In this document: positions 9,794 to 19,268 of the stretch, piece by piece
How positions within the stretch are numbered: position 1 is the first letter of the stretch
Layout: the number at the start of each line of letters is the position of its first letter
Assembly: GCA_050249295.1 (NCBI GenBank)
Contig: JBFWQT010000001.1
Coordinates: 623 to 64,622 of the forward strand
Direction: 5' to 3'
Length of the DNA stretch: 64,000 nucleotides
Source: Planctomycetota bacterium
GTDB taxonomy: Bacteria > Planctomycetota > UBA8742 > SKZP01
Made by a program: the position numbers and the translations under genes
The notes under the pieces: model-generated
What the model was told of the DNA's origin: nothing
Database searches by the model: none
What the model saw: only the letters and a program-made list of their open reading frames with translations

Positions 9794-11437
9794 ATGCGAG
9801 TTCCGATCCTCATCACCTGCCTGGTGATCGCGACGGTCTCCGCGTCCGGCGCGGCGCAGGATGCCGCCACCGACCAGCCGGCGGCGGACGCGGCGACGAC
9901 ATGGCGCCGGATCTCGGACCAGTGGCTCACCATGCGCGAGCAGGCCGACCACGCGGCCGCCCGCAACGTCTCGCGGCTACTCGTGGAGTGGGTGGTCGAG
10001 AACCACGCGACCCATCCGGCCGAAGCGGCGACCGCCTGTGAACGGCTGGCGATCCTCTCGGACGAGGCGCGGGGCGACGACGAGCTGAAGTCGATGATCG
10101 CCGACCTGGAAACGCTGTGTGTGCTGGACTCTCTCGCGATCGGCCATCGGGTGCTGACGTGTGCGCTGCGGGTGGACCTGCTGGCGCGGCGCGCGGTACT
10201 GGCCCGCGGGCACGAGATGTCGAAGCTCCTGGCAGAAGCTGAAGCTGGCGCGAGGTCACTGGTCACGCGTGACCTGACGTTGCCGCTCGAACGGATCGTG
10301 CAGCTGTACAGCAACCAGACCCTTTCGCTCTGCGTCACGACGGGCGACGAGGCCGCCGGGGCAGCGATGATGGCGGGTGTGCGGCGATCGAGTGGCGCCG
10401 TGCGACGCCGCCTCCTCGAGCGCTACGCCACGTGGATTGTGGCACGCGCCAGGTGGGCCGATGCGCACACCGCGGCCGCCGTGATTGACGGGCTGTACCC
10501 GGCCGACGAGGACGCGGGCGACGCCCCCGCGATGCGACTGCTCGCGCGCCGACTCGACTACTACTATGAGGCCGCCCGGCTCAACGGTGACGGCGCCTCG
10601 CAAGCCGCTGCGCGTGCGTCGCTGCAGGCACTCGGCCCGGCCGGGCGCGATGCGCGGCTGGCGATCGACCACTTCCTGCGCACGCCGTTGGGCCAGCGCG
10701 GCCCGACGTTCTGCCTCGATCCGATCCGCGTCGGAGAGCCGGCGCACGACCTGCTCCACTATCGCGGGAAGAAGGTGCTGCTGGTGTTCATCAACCCGTC
10801 GCGTGCCAGCGACCGCACGGTGTGGCCGCGCATCGTCGAGGCGGCGGAGCGATACTCCGGCCGGCAGTTCGCGCTGATCGCGATTGCCGCCGGCAAGTCG
10901 GCCGGCGTGAGTGCCATGGAGCAGCTGGGCTGTGCCGGGCGCGTTCGCTCGCGCGGCTCCTTCCTGATCGACCAGACCGGCAGCGTGACCCGTGCATGGG
11001 GCTTCGGCGTGGTGCCGGGCACGACCGTCACGATCACTACGGCAGGCGTTGCGCTGCTGGAAGCGGACGGCACCACGGTTGCCAGGTTCGCATTGGACGC
11101 GACCGATCCGGACTTCGATGTCGACCTGCTGCAGCAGACGCTGCGCCTTGCGATCGAGCCACCGCCGGCCACCAGCCTGGTTCGCAGCGGGTCGCAGCCC
11201 CGTTCACCCGGGATGGAGACACTGGTGGCGCTGCTTCCGGCCCTGTACTCGCAAGACGCGATGCCGGCGATCAGCCGATGCCCCACCGTGTACCGCGCCG
11301 CGCTGGTGCTTGGCTCCGATGGCGTGGCGGACCTCATGCGGCGACTGATGACGCTCGCGCGTGGCGCGAAGGATCCGGCCACCCGGAAGCAGGTGATGCA
11401 GTTGTGGGACGCGTTCGGTCGCCTGCAACATCGGTGA
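9794..11437 (+). CDS. Secreted protein with C-terminal thioredoxin-like (redoxin) fold, no CxxC visible
   Basis: ATG 9794 starts signal peptide MRVPILITCLVIATVSASGAAQD; C-terminal GKKVLLVFINPSR...FALIAIAAGK resembles AhpC/TSA-redoxin fold but lacks catalytic Cys. Confidence 0.65.
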   Translation: MRVPILITCLVIATVSASGAAQDAATDQPAADAATTWRRISDQWLTMREQADHAAARNVSRLLVEWVVENHATHPAEAATACERLAILSDEARGDDELKSMIADLETLCVLDSLAIGHRVLTCALRVDLLARRAVLARGHEMSKLLAEAEAGARSLVTRDLTLPLERIVQLYSNQTLSLCVTTGDEAAGAAMMAGVRRSSGAVRRRLLERYATWIVARARWADAHTAAAVIDGLYPADEDAGDAPAMRLLARRLDYYYEAARLNGDGASQAAARASLQALGPAGRDARLAIDHFLRTPLGQRGPTFCLDPIRVGEPAHDLLHYRGKKVLLVFINPSRASDRTVWPRIVEAAERYSGRQFALIAIAAGKSAGVSAMEQLGCAGRVRSRGSFLIDQTGSVTRAWGFGVVPGTTVTITTAGVALLEADGTTVARFALDATDPDFDVDLLQQTLRLAIEPPPATSLVRSGSQPRSPGMETLVALLPALYSQDAMPAISRCPTVYRAALVLGSDGVADLMRRLMTLARGAKDPATRKQVMQLWDAFGRLQHR

Positions 11438-11607
11438 CGGCTGGCAGGCCGATGCCTCACTCGCGGCCGTGGCACTACCAGGATGGCAGGATGGTGCGCG
11501 CCGCGACGCGATTGGTGCCTACAATGGTGGCGACCAGGGCGAATCGGCGCGGCAAGCCAATGGCACCTCATCCTGTCTTCGTGATCGGCAGCCGCGTCCG
11601 GGTAGCG

Positions 11608-13926
11608 CTACTTCAGCGAGTCGAGCGTGGCAGTGACGCGCTTGTCGAGGCTGCGGGCCGTGTCGAGGCAGGCGGCCAGCTCGGCGGCCACGCGCTGCAG
11701 GTTGTGCAGCAGCGCCTCGGGCGAATCCACCATCGGACGCGGCGCATCGGGGTGCTCGCGGTAGAAGTCGCGCACGTCGCGATCAAAGCCCTGGTGCATG
11801 CCGACGCGCAGGGTGTCCCACGCGGCGACGAGCGCGCCGGGCCACTCGCCTTCCATGCGGTCGAGCGTGCTGCGCACGCTGTCGGCCGTGAAGCGGCGGA
11901 ACTCGGGGATGAACGGGTCCATCTCCTCGGCGGCACCCTCGGCCGGGCGGCACGCGGCAAGCAGGCGCGGGCCGAGAATCGCGCGCAACGCGGCATGCAC
12001 GCCGGGGCCCCAGCCGGCCAGCGGGCCGGTCAGCGCACTGCGCACACCATCGGGGAACGCGGCGGCCCATGATTCGATACGGTCGGCCATCAACGACTCG
12101 AAGCGCTCGGCCAGCACCGGCGCGCGGTCTTCGCAGATCGCCGTGGCCAGGTCGTGGCCAAGCATCGGCGCGAGCGCGACGGCCGCCTCGCGACGTTCGC
12201 GACGGCGCTCGGGCGACTCGGGCAGGCCGGCCTGGCGCAGCAACCGCGGCAGCGCGTTACTGATGTGTGTGGCAATGCGGTCGGTCGTCCACGGCTTGAA
12301 CAGCGACTCGCGGGCCGAATGGCCGTTGCCATTCCCGTTGCCGTTGCCATTCGCGAGCTTCGACGACATCTCCTGGCGCGCTTCCTCCAGCATGTGCTGC
12401 TGGCGGCGCTCGATCCAGTGCAGCTCGCGGTCGATCGTCGCGGCGTCCTCGTGGTCGGGGTGCCCGATGAGGTCGAGCATGCCGTCCATCTTGTCGCCGG
12501 TGCGGCCGATCATGCCGGTCAGGCCGTCGAGCACCTCGTCGAGCTGCAGCAGCCGCTTGTGCGTGGAGAAGAAGTTGTAGAGGCCATCGCGCAGCACCTT
12601 CACGCCGCCGTCCTGCGGCGTGAACGTGTGGCGCAGTTTGCGGTGCATCGACTCGTCGCGGATGCGGAAGAACGACGCCGGGTCCTGGCTGTCGAACGAG
12701 CCGCGGATGTTGTCGAGGTTGCCGATCTGCGCGCGGTTCTGCAGGCGGTTGTGCAGCGCCATCCACGCCGAGCAGTAGAACACGCGGTCGCGCGGCAGTT
12801 CGGGGCCGACAAATTCGTCGAGCAGCGAGTGGAACGTGTGGATCGACTTCTCGAGCTCGGAGCCCGGCATGTCGAGCTTGCTGAGCACGAAGAACACCTT
12901 GCGGAAGACGTTCGGCCGCGAGGCGAACGCGCGGAAGATCTCGGTGTCCTTCGCTACCCAGTTGTGGTTCACCGACGAGATGAACAGCACCGCGTCGACC
13001 TCGTCGAGGTAGCTCAACGTGGTGTCATCGAGCAGCGCGTAGGGGCCACCGAGGCCCGGCAGGTCGATGATCTCGGTGTAGTCGGTGAGGAACGGCGAGT
13101 CCTTGAGGATGTGCACCTCTGAGATCAGCCGGTACTTCGGCAGATCGCGCCGCGGGTTGTTGCACTTGAGGAAGAAGTCCTTGGCGGCGTAGTCGGCCGA
13201 GATCAGCGCTTCGCCCGGGTGGTCCACGTAGCGGATCGGATCGGTCAGCCGTTCGGTGGCGTTGATGCGGTTGAGGAACTCGATGAACTCGCGCTTGCCG
13301 GGCTCGTCGTGGAAGAGCACGGTGATGACATCGGTGCTCTCGTTCTTGAACGGGTAGCGGATGCGCGTGACGACCGACGTGGTGGCCTCGTCGAGGCTCG
13401 GCAGGAAGTTGAGCTGATCGAACAGCGCCGAGATGAGGTAGCTCTTGCCGCTGCTCTGGAAGCCGACGATGCCGAACTTGAAGATGCGGTCGTCGTAGTG
13501 ATCGCGCTGCGCGCGCAGGTCGCGGCCGGCCGATTCGAGGTCAGCCGGGGTGAGCAGCTTGCTGTGGTCGGCCGACGTGTCCATGCGGTCGGCGAGCGCC
13601 TCACGCAGCGAGCCGCTGGTCAGCAGGTTGGAGAGCGCCATGCGCCGCGACGGCCCGATCACGCCGTCGAGGCGGTCGAGCAACTGGCCGACCTCGCGGT
13701 CGATCTCCTTCGCTCGCGCCACGGCCTTCGCCGCCCGCTCGGCCGCTTCACGCTCGGCGAGTTCCTGCGCTGAAGGCCCGGCGGGCACGGCGTGACGGAC
13801 CGGCACCGGCACCTCGCGTTGCACGCGCAGATCCAGGTCGAGATCCACGTCCGAGCGATCCGACCGCGGGTTGCGCGGCGGCGTCGGTTCGATGCGACCG
13901 GGGCCGGGTTCTTTGTCGTGGCTCAT
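11608..13926 (-). CDS. Bacterial dynamin-like GTPase (BDLP/DynA/LeoA family)
   Basis: G1 GFQSSGKS (GxxxxGKS), G2 Thr in ATTSVVTRIRYP, G3 DLPG, G4 SKLD; 772 aa with long helical stalk; internal (NG)5 repeat. Confidence 0.85.
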   Translation of the reverse strand: MSHDKEPGPGRIEPTPPRNPRSDRSDVDLDLDLRVQREVPVPVRHAVPAGPSAQELAEREAAERAAKAVARAKEIDREVGQLLDRLDGVIGPSRRMALSNLLTSGSLREALADRMDTSADHSKLLTPADLESAGRDLRAQRDHYDDRIFKFGIVGFQSSGKSYLISALFDQLNFLPSLDEATTSVVTRIRYPFKNESTDVITVLFHDEPGKREFIEFLNRINATERLTDPIRYVDHPGEALISADYAAKDFFLKCNNPRRDLPKYRLISEVHILKDSPFLTDYTEIIDLPGLGGPYALLDDTTLSYLDEVDAVLFISSVNHNWVAKDTEIFRAFASRPNVFRKVFFVLSKLDMPGSELEKSIHTFHSLLDEFVGPELPRDRVFYCSAWMALHNRLQNRAQIGNLDNIRGSFDSQDPASFFRIRDESMHRKLRHTFTPQDGGVKVLRDGLYNFFSTHKRLLQLDEVLDGLTGMIGRTGDKMDGMLDLIGHPDHEDAATIDRELHWIERRQQHMLEEARQEMSSKLANGNGNGNGNGHSARESLFKPWTTDRIATHISNALPRLLRQAGLPESPERRRERREAAVALAPMLGHDLATAICEDRAPVLAERFESLMADRIESWAAAFPDGVRSALTGPLAGWGPGVHAALRAILGPRLLAACRPAEGAAEEMDPFIPEFRRFTADSVRSTLDRMEGEWPGALVAAWDTLRVGMHQGFDRDVRDFYREHPDAPRPMVDSPEALLHNLQRVAAELAACLDTARSLDKRVTATLDSLK

Positions 13927-13936
13927 GTCGGTTCGC

Positions 13937-15541
13937 TCACTTGGTCTTGTCGTCGGTCGGCGTGCCGGGCGGCGTCTGCTTCGTGGTCGAGAACAGCGTG
14001 TCCGCCTGGGTCAACGGCTTCGTCAGCTCGTCGCCGTTGCGGTTCTCGAAGTTGAACAGCAGAACGTCGGTGTCCTTGCCGTTGTTCCAGTCGACGCGCA
14101 CATACACCTTGCGCGACTGCCCGCCCTTGACCTTGATCGCGTCGAGGCTGCCCCACTTGCCGCTGGAGTTGTCTTCCTGCCAGCAGAGGTTCCACGACAT
14201 CTGCCGGACCTGCTCGGCCGAGGTGAACGCGGCGAGGCCTTCGATCGCGTCGCCGGGCAGGTAGTAGACGGCTTTGGTGTTGGGCTTCCACAGGCCGATC
14301 TGGAAGTCGAAGGTCAGGCCGGCACCGCCCATGCCGCTGTGCGGGCGGCCGATCAGCGTGATCTCGGGCTCGTGGAACTGGATGCTGACCGTCGGCCGGC
14401 CGTCGTTGCCGGGCAGGCGGATCGTCTCGCTCATGCGCTTCGTGAGGTTGTTGAGGTAGCCCTCGAAGCCCTTGATGCGGATCAGGCCGATGTTGGTGTT
14501 GGAGTACGTGACCTTGCCGCGCAGCGAGTACGTCGTCTCGAAGTCGCGGCCGTCGGCCTGCACGATGCGCACCGGAATCTCGGCGGTGCCCTTCTTGATG
14601 TAGTGCGACGGGACGACGATCGAGTAGCTGTAGCGGCCGCCCGATGCGGCGCCACCGCTGGCGGCAATCGGATCGAGCCATTCGTTGCGCGTGCTCTTCA
14701 GGGCGAACGACTTGAGCTTGCGCGGGCTGACGTAGTCGAACGTGAAGCTGACTTCGACGTCGTTGCCGTCCGGAATCATCGCGATCAGCTCGGCCTTGCG
14801 CGTCTCGATCTGCTCCTGCGTCATCTCGCTGTTGGCCGTGCTCAGGGGCATCACCTCGCCCTTGTATTCCAGGTCGTCCACCACGGTCTGCATCGCGCGC
14901 TGCACCTGGCTCATCTTCTCGTCGTAGCCGAGCGAGCGCTGCAGGTCGGAGAGCACGACCGGAATCATCAGGTCGGTCGGCTGCGGGTACGACGTGAACT
15001 TCTTCCACTGGTCGATCAGGAACTTGACGGTCTCGTCGAGCTGGTAGCCGGTGACGCGCCACTGGCTGTAGAGGTCGTAGTCGATCAGATCCTCGCCGTC
15101 GCGGTTGCCGACGATCGTCTCGTGCCACGCCTTCTCGGTGAGCTCCATCACGCGCTTGAGCGCGAGCTTCACCATGCCGATCTGTGTCTGGTACCAGGCG
15201 GCGCATTCGGGCTTGAGGTCGCGCAGGCGCACCTCGATGACGTAGCCCGAGGCGCGCGTCGTCGCGTCGTTCTCGGCGAGCGAACTGGCGAGCGTGAAGT
15301 CGGTGATCTTCGCGGCGTGGCCGACGCAGCTGATGCCGCCGTCGTCGAGGCGCTCGACGCCGCCGGCCGCGTGCTTCGCCTGCAGGTCGCGGAAGATCGC
15401 CTTGTTCGGCTTGTACGACGGATCGTTGTCGTCACCGTCGCCGCCGTTGCCGGTAGACTCGCAGCCGACCGCGAGCATGGCCGCGATCATCGCGAGTGCC
15501 GCGAGAGTCAGGAGTGTGCGAGGGGAGCGGGTTGCGAACAT
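13937..15541 (-). CDS. Lipoprotein of unknown function (operon partner of dynamin-like GTPase)
   Basis: ATG at complement 15539-15541 gives MFATRSPRTLLTLAALAMIAAMLAVGC (lipobox); Arg-rich upstream extension of ORF track entry 13937..16333 is non-coding-like; 10 bp from dynamin start. Confidence 0.75.
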   Translation of the reverse strand: MFATRSPRTLLTLAALAMIAAMLAVGCESTGNGGDGDDNDPSYKPNKAIFRDLQAKHAAGGVERLDDGGISCVGHAAKITDFTLASSLAENDATTRASGYVIEVRLRDLKPECAAWYQTQIGMVKLALKRVMELTEKAWHETIVGNRDGEDLIDYDLYSQWRVTGYQLDETVKFLIDQWKKFTSYPQPTDLMIPVVLSDLQRSLGYDEKMSQVQRAMQTVVDDLEYKGEVMPLSTANSEMTQEQIETRKAELIAMIPDGNDVEVSFTFDYVSPRKLKSFALKSTRNEWLDPIAASGGAASGGRYSYSIVVPSHYIKKGTAEIPVRIVQADGRDFETTYSLRGKVTYSNTNIGLIRIKGFEGYLNNLTKRMSETIRLPGNDGRPTVSIQFHEPEITLIGRPHSGMGGAGLTFDFQIGLWKPNTKAVYYLPGDAIEGLAAFTSAEQVRQMSWNLCWQEDNSSGKWGSLDAIKVKGGQSRKVYVRVDWNNGKDTDVLLFNFENRNGDELTKPLTQADTLFSTTKQTPPGTPTDDKTK

Positions 15542-15582
15542 GGTGTCGGCCACTTTCTCGGGGATACAATCAGGTCTGTCGT

Positions 15583-15951
15583 TCAATGTGTGTTCGAAGC
15601 CGGGTTCTGCTTCGACCATTCCCGGTGTCGTCCTTCGGCTTCCAGTCGGCGGATCTCGGAATCGCAGGGTCTGGTTACTGACAAAGGCCGGGTTGGAATC
15701 TCGTAGATGGGCATGAGCCACGGCGCGGGCTCGGACGAGTGATCGCGCGGTGGTTTGATCATCAGTTTCGGCGGCAGACACTTGTCGGCGGGTACCAGAA
15801 CAATGGCTGCAGGCACGGCCTCTGCACGCGCCGGCTCTTTCGCCACGGGCTGATCGGCCCTGGCCGGGATCGCGTGGTTGAGGCCGATCGCAACCGCCAA
15901 CATCGCGATGGATGTCCAGACGACGTCTGACTTGCGGATCGGTGTGCTCAT
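15583..15951 (-). CDS. Small secreted protein, hypothetical
   Basis: MSTPIRKSDVVWTSIAMLAVAIGLNHAIPARA-DQ signal peptide; sits between membrane-protein gene and lipoprotein gene with 29/41 bp gaps. Confidence 0.45.
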   Translation of the reverse strand: MSTPIRKSDVVWTSIAMLAVAIGLNHAIPARADQPVAKEPARAEAVPAAIVLVPADKCLPPKLMIKPPRDHSSEPAPWLMPIYEIPTRPLSVTRPCDSEIRRLEAEGRHREWSKQNPASNTH

Positions 15952-15980
15952 GTGGTGCCTCCTTCCAACTCCACGCGGTC

Positions 15981-18794
15981 TCAACGCGTAACGGTGCGCA
16001 CATCCGAGAGCAACTCGCGGCGCAACGGCCGGTCGGCGTCGTTGCCCCACGTCGGTCGTTCGTTGTCCAGCGAGCGGATCGCGTCACTCTCCTGCGCATC
16101 GCGGTGGAAACTGCTGTTCTCGGGCGCGGGAGGTGGAGCGTTGCCGCCACCATCCGGGCCGCTTTCGCGCGACGGCGCGCTGCCATCGAGCGGACGCTCG
16201 AACTCGCGCTTCGCCAGCTCGTCGGCCTTCGTGTTCCACCACGTCCGGTACGCGTCCGCGTATTGGTCGGTGGGCCCGTTGGCGAAACCATCGGCAAGGG
16301 CATACAGAGCGTAGGGGCACGACGGACTGCCATCCGCCGCTCTGCGCATCAGTGCCAGACGGTCGTCGCCGGTCGCCAGCTCGGCCTTCCAGCGCATCGT
16401 CTCGGTGAACCCCGGAGTCTGCTGGCTGGCCAGCGCCAACGCGCGTGCCGCATCCGCCGTGTTGCCACCGAGCATCGCCAGGTGCCCGATCTTGGTGTTG
16501 GCATACGCCGCCAGTACCGGCTTTTCCGCGGCGATCGACTCGAATGCGGCACTGGCCGGCTGGATACCCGACATCTGATTGTGGAAGAACGCCAGCTGGT
16601 ACCAGGCGAGAGCGCGAACGAGCCGCAGCGGCCACACGTTTTCACCCCTGGCGTAGTCGGTCAGCGCAAGGAGACGACGCATCCGTTCCTCCGGCCGCGT
16701 GTTGTCACTCTGATCTCTGGTGAACGCCGCCTCGAACCATTGCCGCATGCCATCCGCGCCCTTCGCATAGATGCTGCCGTTCGCCTCGCGCATGCGGTTC
16801 AGGCCGGCCTGGCGTTCGTAGTAGTAGAAGTAGCGGATCGCGCCGAACGTGTAGATCGCCTCGTTCGCGTCGAAGTTGATGCCGGCCTCGTAGCTGATCT
16901 GCGGAGCCAGCGTGACCAGCTGGTTGCTGTCGATCAGCGCGGAGAGCTTGGTCATCGCCAGGCCGTCGTACGCATTGCGACCGACCTCGACCGACGTGTA
17001 GTAGCGCAGCAGGTAGAGCTTGTTGCGGTCCGCATCGCTGATCGACTCGCGCGGCGCGAGCATCTGCGGCGTGACTTCGCTGCGGCCGGCGCGGACGTTC
17101 GCCACCGACGAGATGTAGTCGAGCGGGTAGCCCTCGGGCAGCTTCCCGGGCAGCTGTTGCAGCAACAGCGCAGCCGCGGAAAAATCGTCGCGCAACATCT
17201 GGAACCACGCGATGCTGAACGCTTCGAGGGCCCACGTCGCGCTGCCGCGGTCAGGCGTGATGCGCGACACGCTGGTCAGCGACTCGGCAACCGTCTTGCG
17301 GTCGCGGCCGACGGCGGCGATCACCTGCTGCCAGGCCTGCGCGATGGCGAGCAGGTTCTTCAACTCGGGCTGGGCACGGATCGTGTTCAGATCCTCGTCG
17401 CCGAGCAGCGACGTGAGCTTCTTGCCGGCACCGGTGGGCGAATGCTCGACCCAGTACTGGTGCATCGCGGCGCCGAACAGCGAGACGACGCGACCGGCGC
17501 CGGTGGCGAACTCCTCGGCCCCCTCGTAGTTGCCCTGCTGGATCAGCGCCGACTGGATCAGGCGGTCGATCTCGCCCTGCATCTGCTTGTGGCCGTCGAA
17601 CAGCGGGCGCAGTTCCTTCAGGTCCTGCACGCTGGCCGACTGCGAATCCTTGAGCACGCGCTGCAGCAGCCCGGCTTCGGTCTCCATGCGCTGGTCCATC
17701 AGACGGCCGAGGCTCTGCGGCGCGAGGCCCACGGCCGTTGCGTCGGAGATGAGCTTGTCGGCGGTGCCGCGCCAGGCCTCGATCGCGGTGCGACGCGGCA
17801 TGCCCTCGGTCGCCAGATCCTGCGTGGCCTGCGCGCCGGCGGCCTGCAACTGCTGGTCGAAGCGCACCTGCACCTTGCGCGAGATCTCCTCGGTGTAGCG
17901 GTCACCGTCACGGCCGAGGTCCATCAGGTCCTGTTCGGAGAGGCCGTACTCACGCGCTTCGTCGATCAGCGACTTGCGCAGCGAGGCGAAGCTGGTCAGC
18001 GCCGCCGGGTTCTGCTCGACGGCGATCAGCGCGCCATCGGCTTCGGCGCGCAGCTTCGCCTGCAGTGCGCGCTGCGTCGCGCGCACGACGCCCACGCCCG
18101 CCTGGCGGATCGTGTCATCCAGTGCGGGGCGCTTGTCGGCCGGCAGGCGCAGGGCGCGGGCGGTCTCCACGTAGCTCTCGCGAGCGCGCTTCCACGCGTC
18201 GAGCCCGCTGCGCACGTCGCCACCATTGATCGTGCTCTCGGCGTCCATCGCGGCAATGCGCACGCCGGACTGCAGGCTGGCCAGCGCCTCCTTCTGCAGC
18301 AGCGCCATCTGCGCCGAGACGTGGCTCTCCATGTCGTCGGGCACGGCCGCGCCGGTCAGCGTCGCCCAGTCGTTGCGCAGCGTGTCGAGCTGCTGGCCGA
18401 GCCGCGTGATCGCCTCGGAGTCGCCGCTCTTCATCGCCACCTCGGCGTCGCTGACGGCCTTGTCCACGCGGGTGTTCCACGCGGCGGCCATCGCCTTCGT
18501 GATCGTGCCGTCGGAGGCGACGACGTCCTTGCCGTACGTGCGCGCGAAGTCGGAGAGTTTTTCCCAGGTGCCGTCCTTGATCGCGGCGTCACGCGCTTCG
18601 GCGCGCGCGAAGGCCTCGCTGCTCCAGTGGTTCTGCAGCGCCTGCCAGCCGGCGATGCCGCCCCAGACGAGCAGCGCGACCGCGGCGACGATCAGCACTG
18701 GCTTGTAGGTGGTGCGCAGCAGGTGCGCGGCCGAGCGGCCGGGAGCGGTGAACAGGCCGCGATGCAGGCCGAAGAACTTTTTGCCGCGCTGCAT
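15981..18794 (-). CDS. Large membrane-anchored protein, hypothetical (start uncertain; alternatives at 18920 or 19070)
   Basis: MQRGKKFFGLHRGLF...KPVLIVAAVALLVWGGIAGW N-terminal TM anchor followed by about 880 aa helical/acidic domain; ORF-track start (19205) lies inside a REP palindrome so is rejected. Confidence 0.65.
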   Translation of the reverse strand: MQRGKKFFGLHRGLFTAPGRSAAHLLRTTYKPVLIVAAVALLVWGGIAGWQALQNHWSSEAFARAEARDAAIKDGTWEKLSDFARTYGKDVVASDGTITKAMAAAWNTRVDKAVSDAEVAMKSGDSEAITRLGQQLDTLRNDWATLTGAAVPDDMESHVSAQMALLQKEALASLQSGVRIAAMDAESTINGGDVRSGLDAWKRARESYVETARALRLPADKRPALDDTIRQAGVGVVRATQRALQAKLRAEADGALIAVEQNPAALTSFASLRKSLIDEAREYGLSEQDLMDLGRDGDRYTEEISRKVQVRFDQQLQAAGAQATQDLATEGMPRRTAIEAWRGTADKLISDATAVGLAPQSLGRLMDQRMETEAGLLQRVLKDSQSASVQDLKELRPLFDGHKQMQGEIDRLIQSALIQQGNYEGAEEFATGAGRVVSLFGAAMHQYWVEHSPTGAGKKLTSLLGDEDLNTIRAQPELKNLLAIAQAWQQVIAAVGRDRKTVAESLTSVSRITPDRGSATWALEAFSIAWFQMLRDDFSAAALLLQQLPGKLPEGYPLDYISSVANVRAGRSEVTPQMLAPRESISDADRNKLYLLRYYTSVEVGRNAYDGLAMTKLSALIDSNQLVTLAPQISYEAGINFDANEAIYTFGAIRYFYYYERQAGLNRMREANGSIYAKGADGMRQWFEAAFTRDQSDNTRPEERMRRLLALTDYARGENVWPLRLVRALAWYQLAFFHNQMSGIQPASAAFESIAAEKPVLAAYANTKIGHLAMLGGNTADAARALALASQQTPGFTETMRWKAELATGDDRLALMRRAADGSPSCPYALYALADGFANGPTDQYADAYRTWWNTKADELAKREFERPLDGSAPSRESGPDGGGNAPPPAPENSSFHRDAQESDAIRSLDNERPTWGNDADRPLRRELLSDVRTVTR

Positions 18795-19094
18795 GGTGTC
18801 GTCCTGCAGCGGCTGGAAGGTGAGCGGACCGCCGGGCAGCGGGCGACGCGCGGAGACGCGCTCGCCGGCGAGCACCGGAACGACGCTGCGGGTCTGGTGC
18901 GCGGGCGCGGCGTGCGTCATCGGCACGGGAGCAACTGCCGCGTCAGCACTTTCGGCGGCGGCGGCGGCGGCGGCCGGCGGATTCGCACCGCTGGCAGCTT
19001 GCGGCGGGACCGGCACCAGGGCCGTGAGGCTGCGCTTGAAGGGCGACGGGCGAGAAGACGACCGGTTCATCTGCGTGCTCCTGGCGACTCGTCC

Positions 19095-19256
19095 GAGCCG
19101 CGACCGTGAGGGAGCGGGCCGGACCGAACCGACCACTCCCGAATTCATCACTGCGTTCCGAGGTCGAAGAACAAGAGCCGCGACCGTAAGGGAGCGGATG
19201 TGCAACGCGAACCACCCGGCTTACATCCGCTCCCTGACGGTCGCGGCTCTTGTTCT
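19095..19256. repeat. REP-like family A cluster: one direct copy (19095-19120) plus perfect hairpin (arms 19168-19201 / 19223-19256, 21-nt loop)
   Basis: gaacaagagccgcgaccgtaagggagcggatgt ... acatccgctccctgacggtcgcggctcttgttc; located between kinase stop (19269) and next gene. Confidence 0.85.
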
Positions 19257-19268
19257 GCGATCACTCCT

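Noticed and set aside
13871-15706. 611-aa plus ORF and 427-aa minus ORF (13923..15206)
   Set aside because: Out-of-frame/antisense to the lipoprotein gene, whose lipobox and composition are convincing
15912-19109. 1065-aa plus-strand ORF
   Set aside because: Antisense to the large membrane-protein gene; Arg/Gly/Ala-rich, no domain signal
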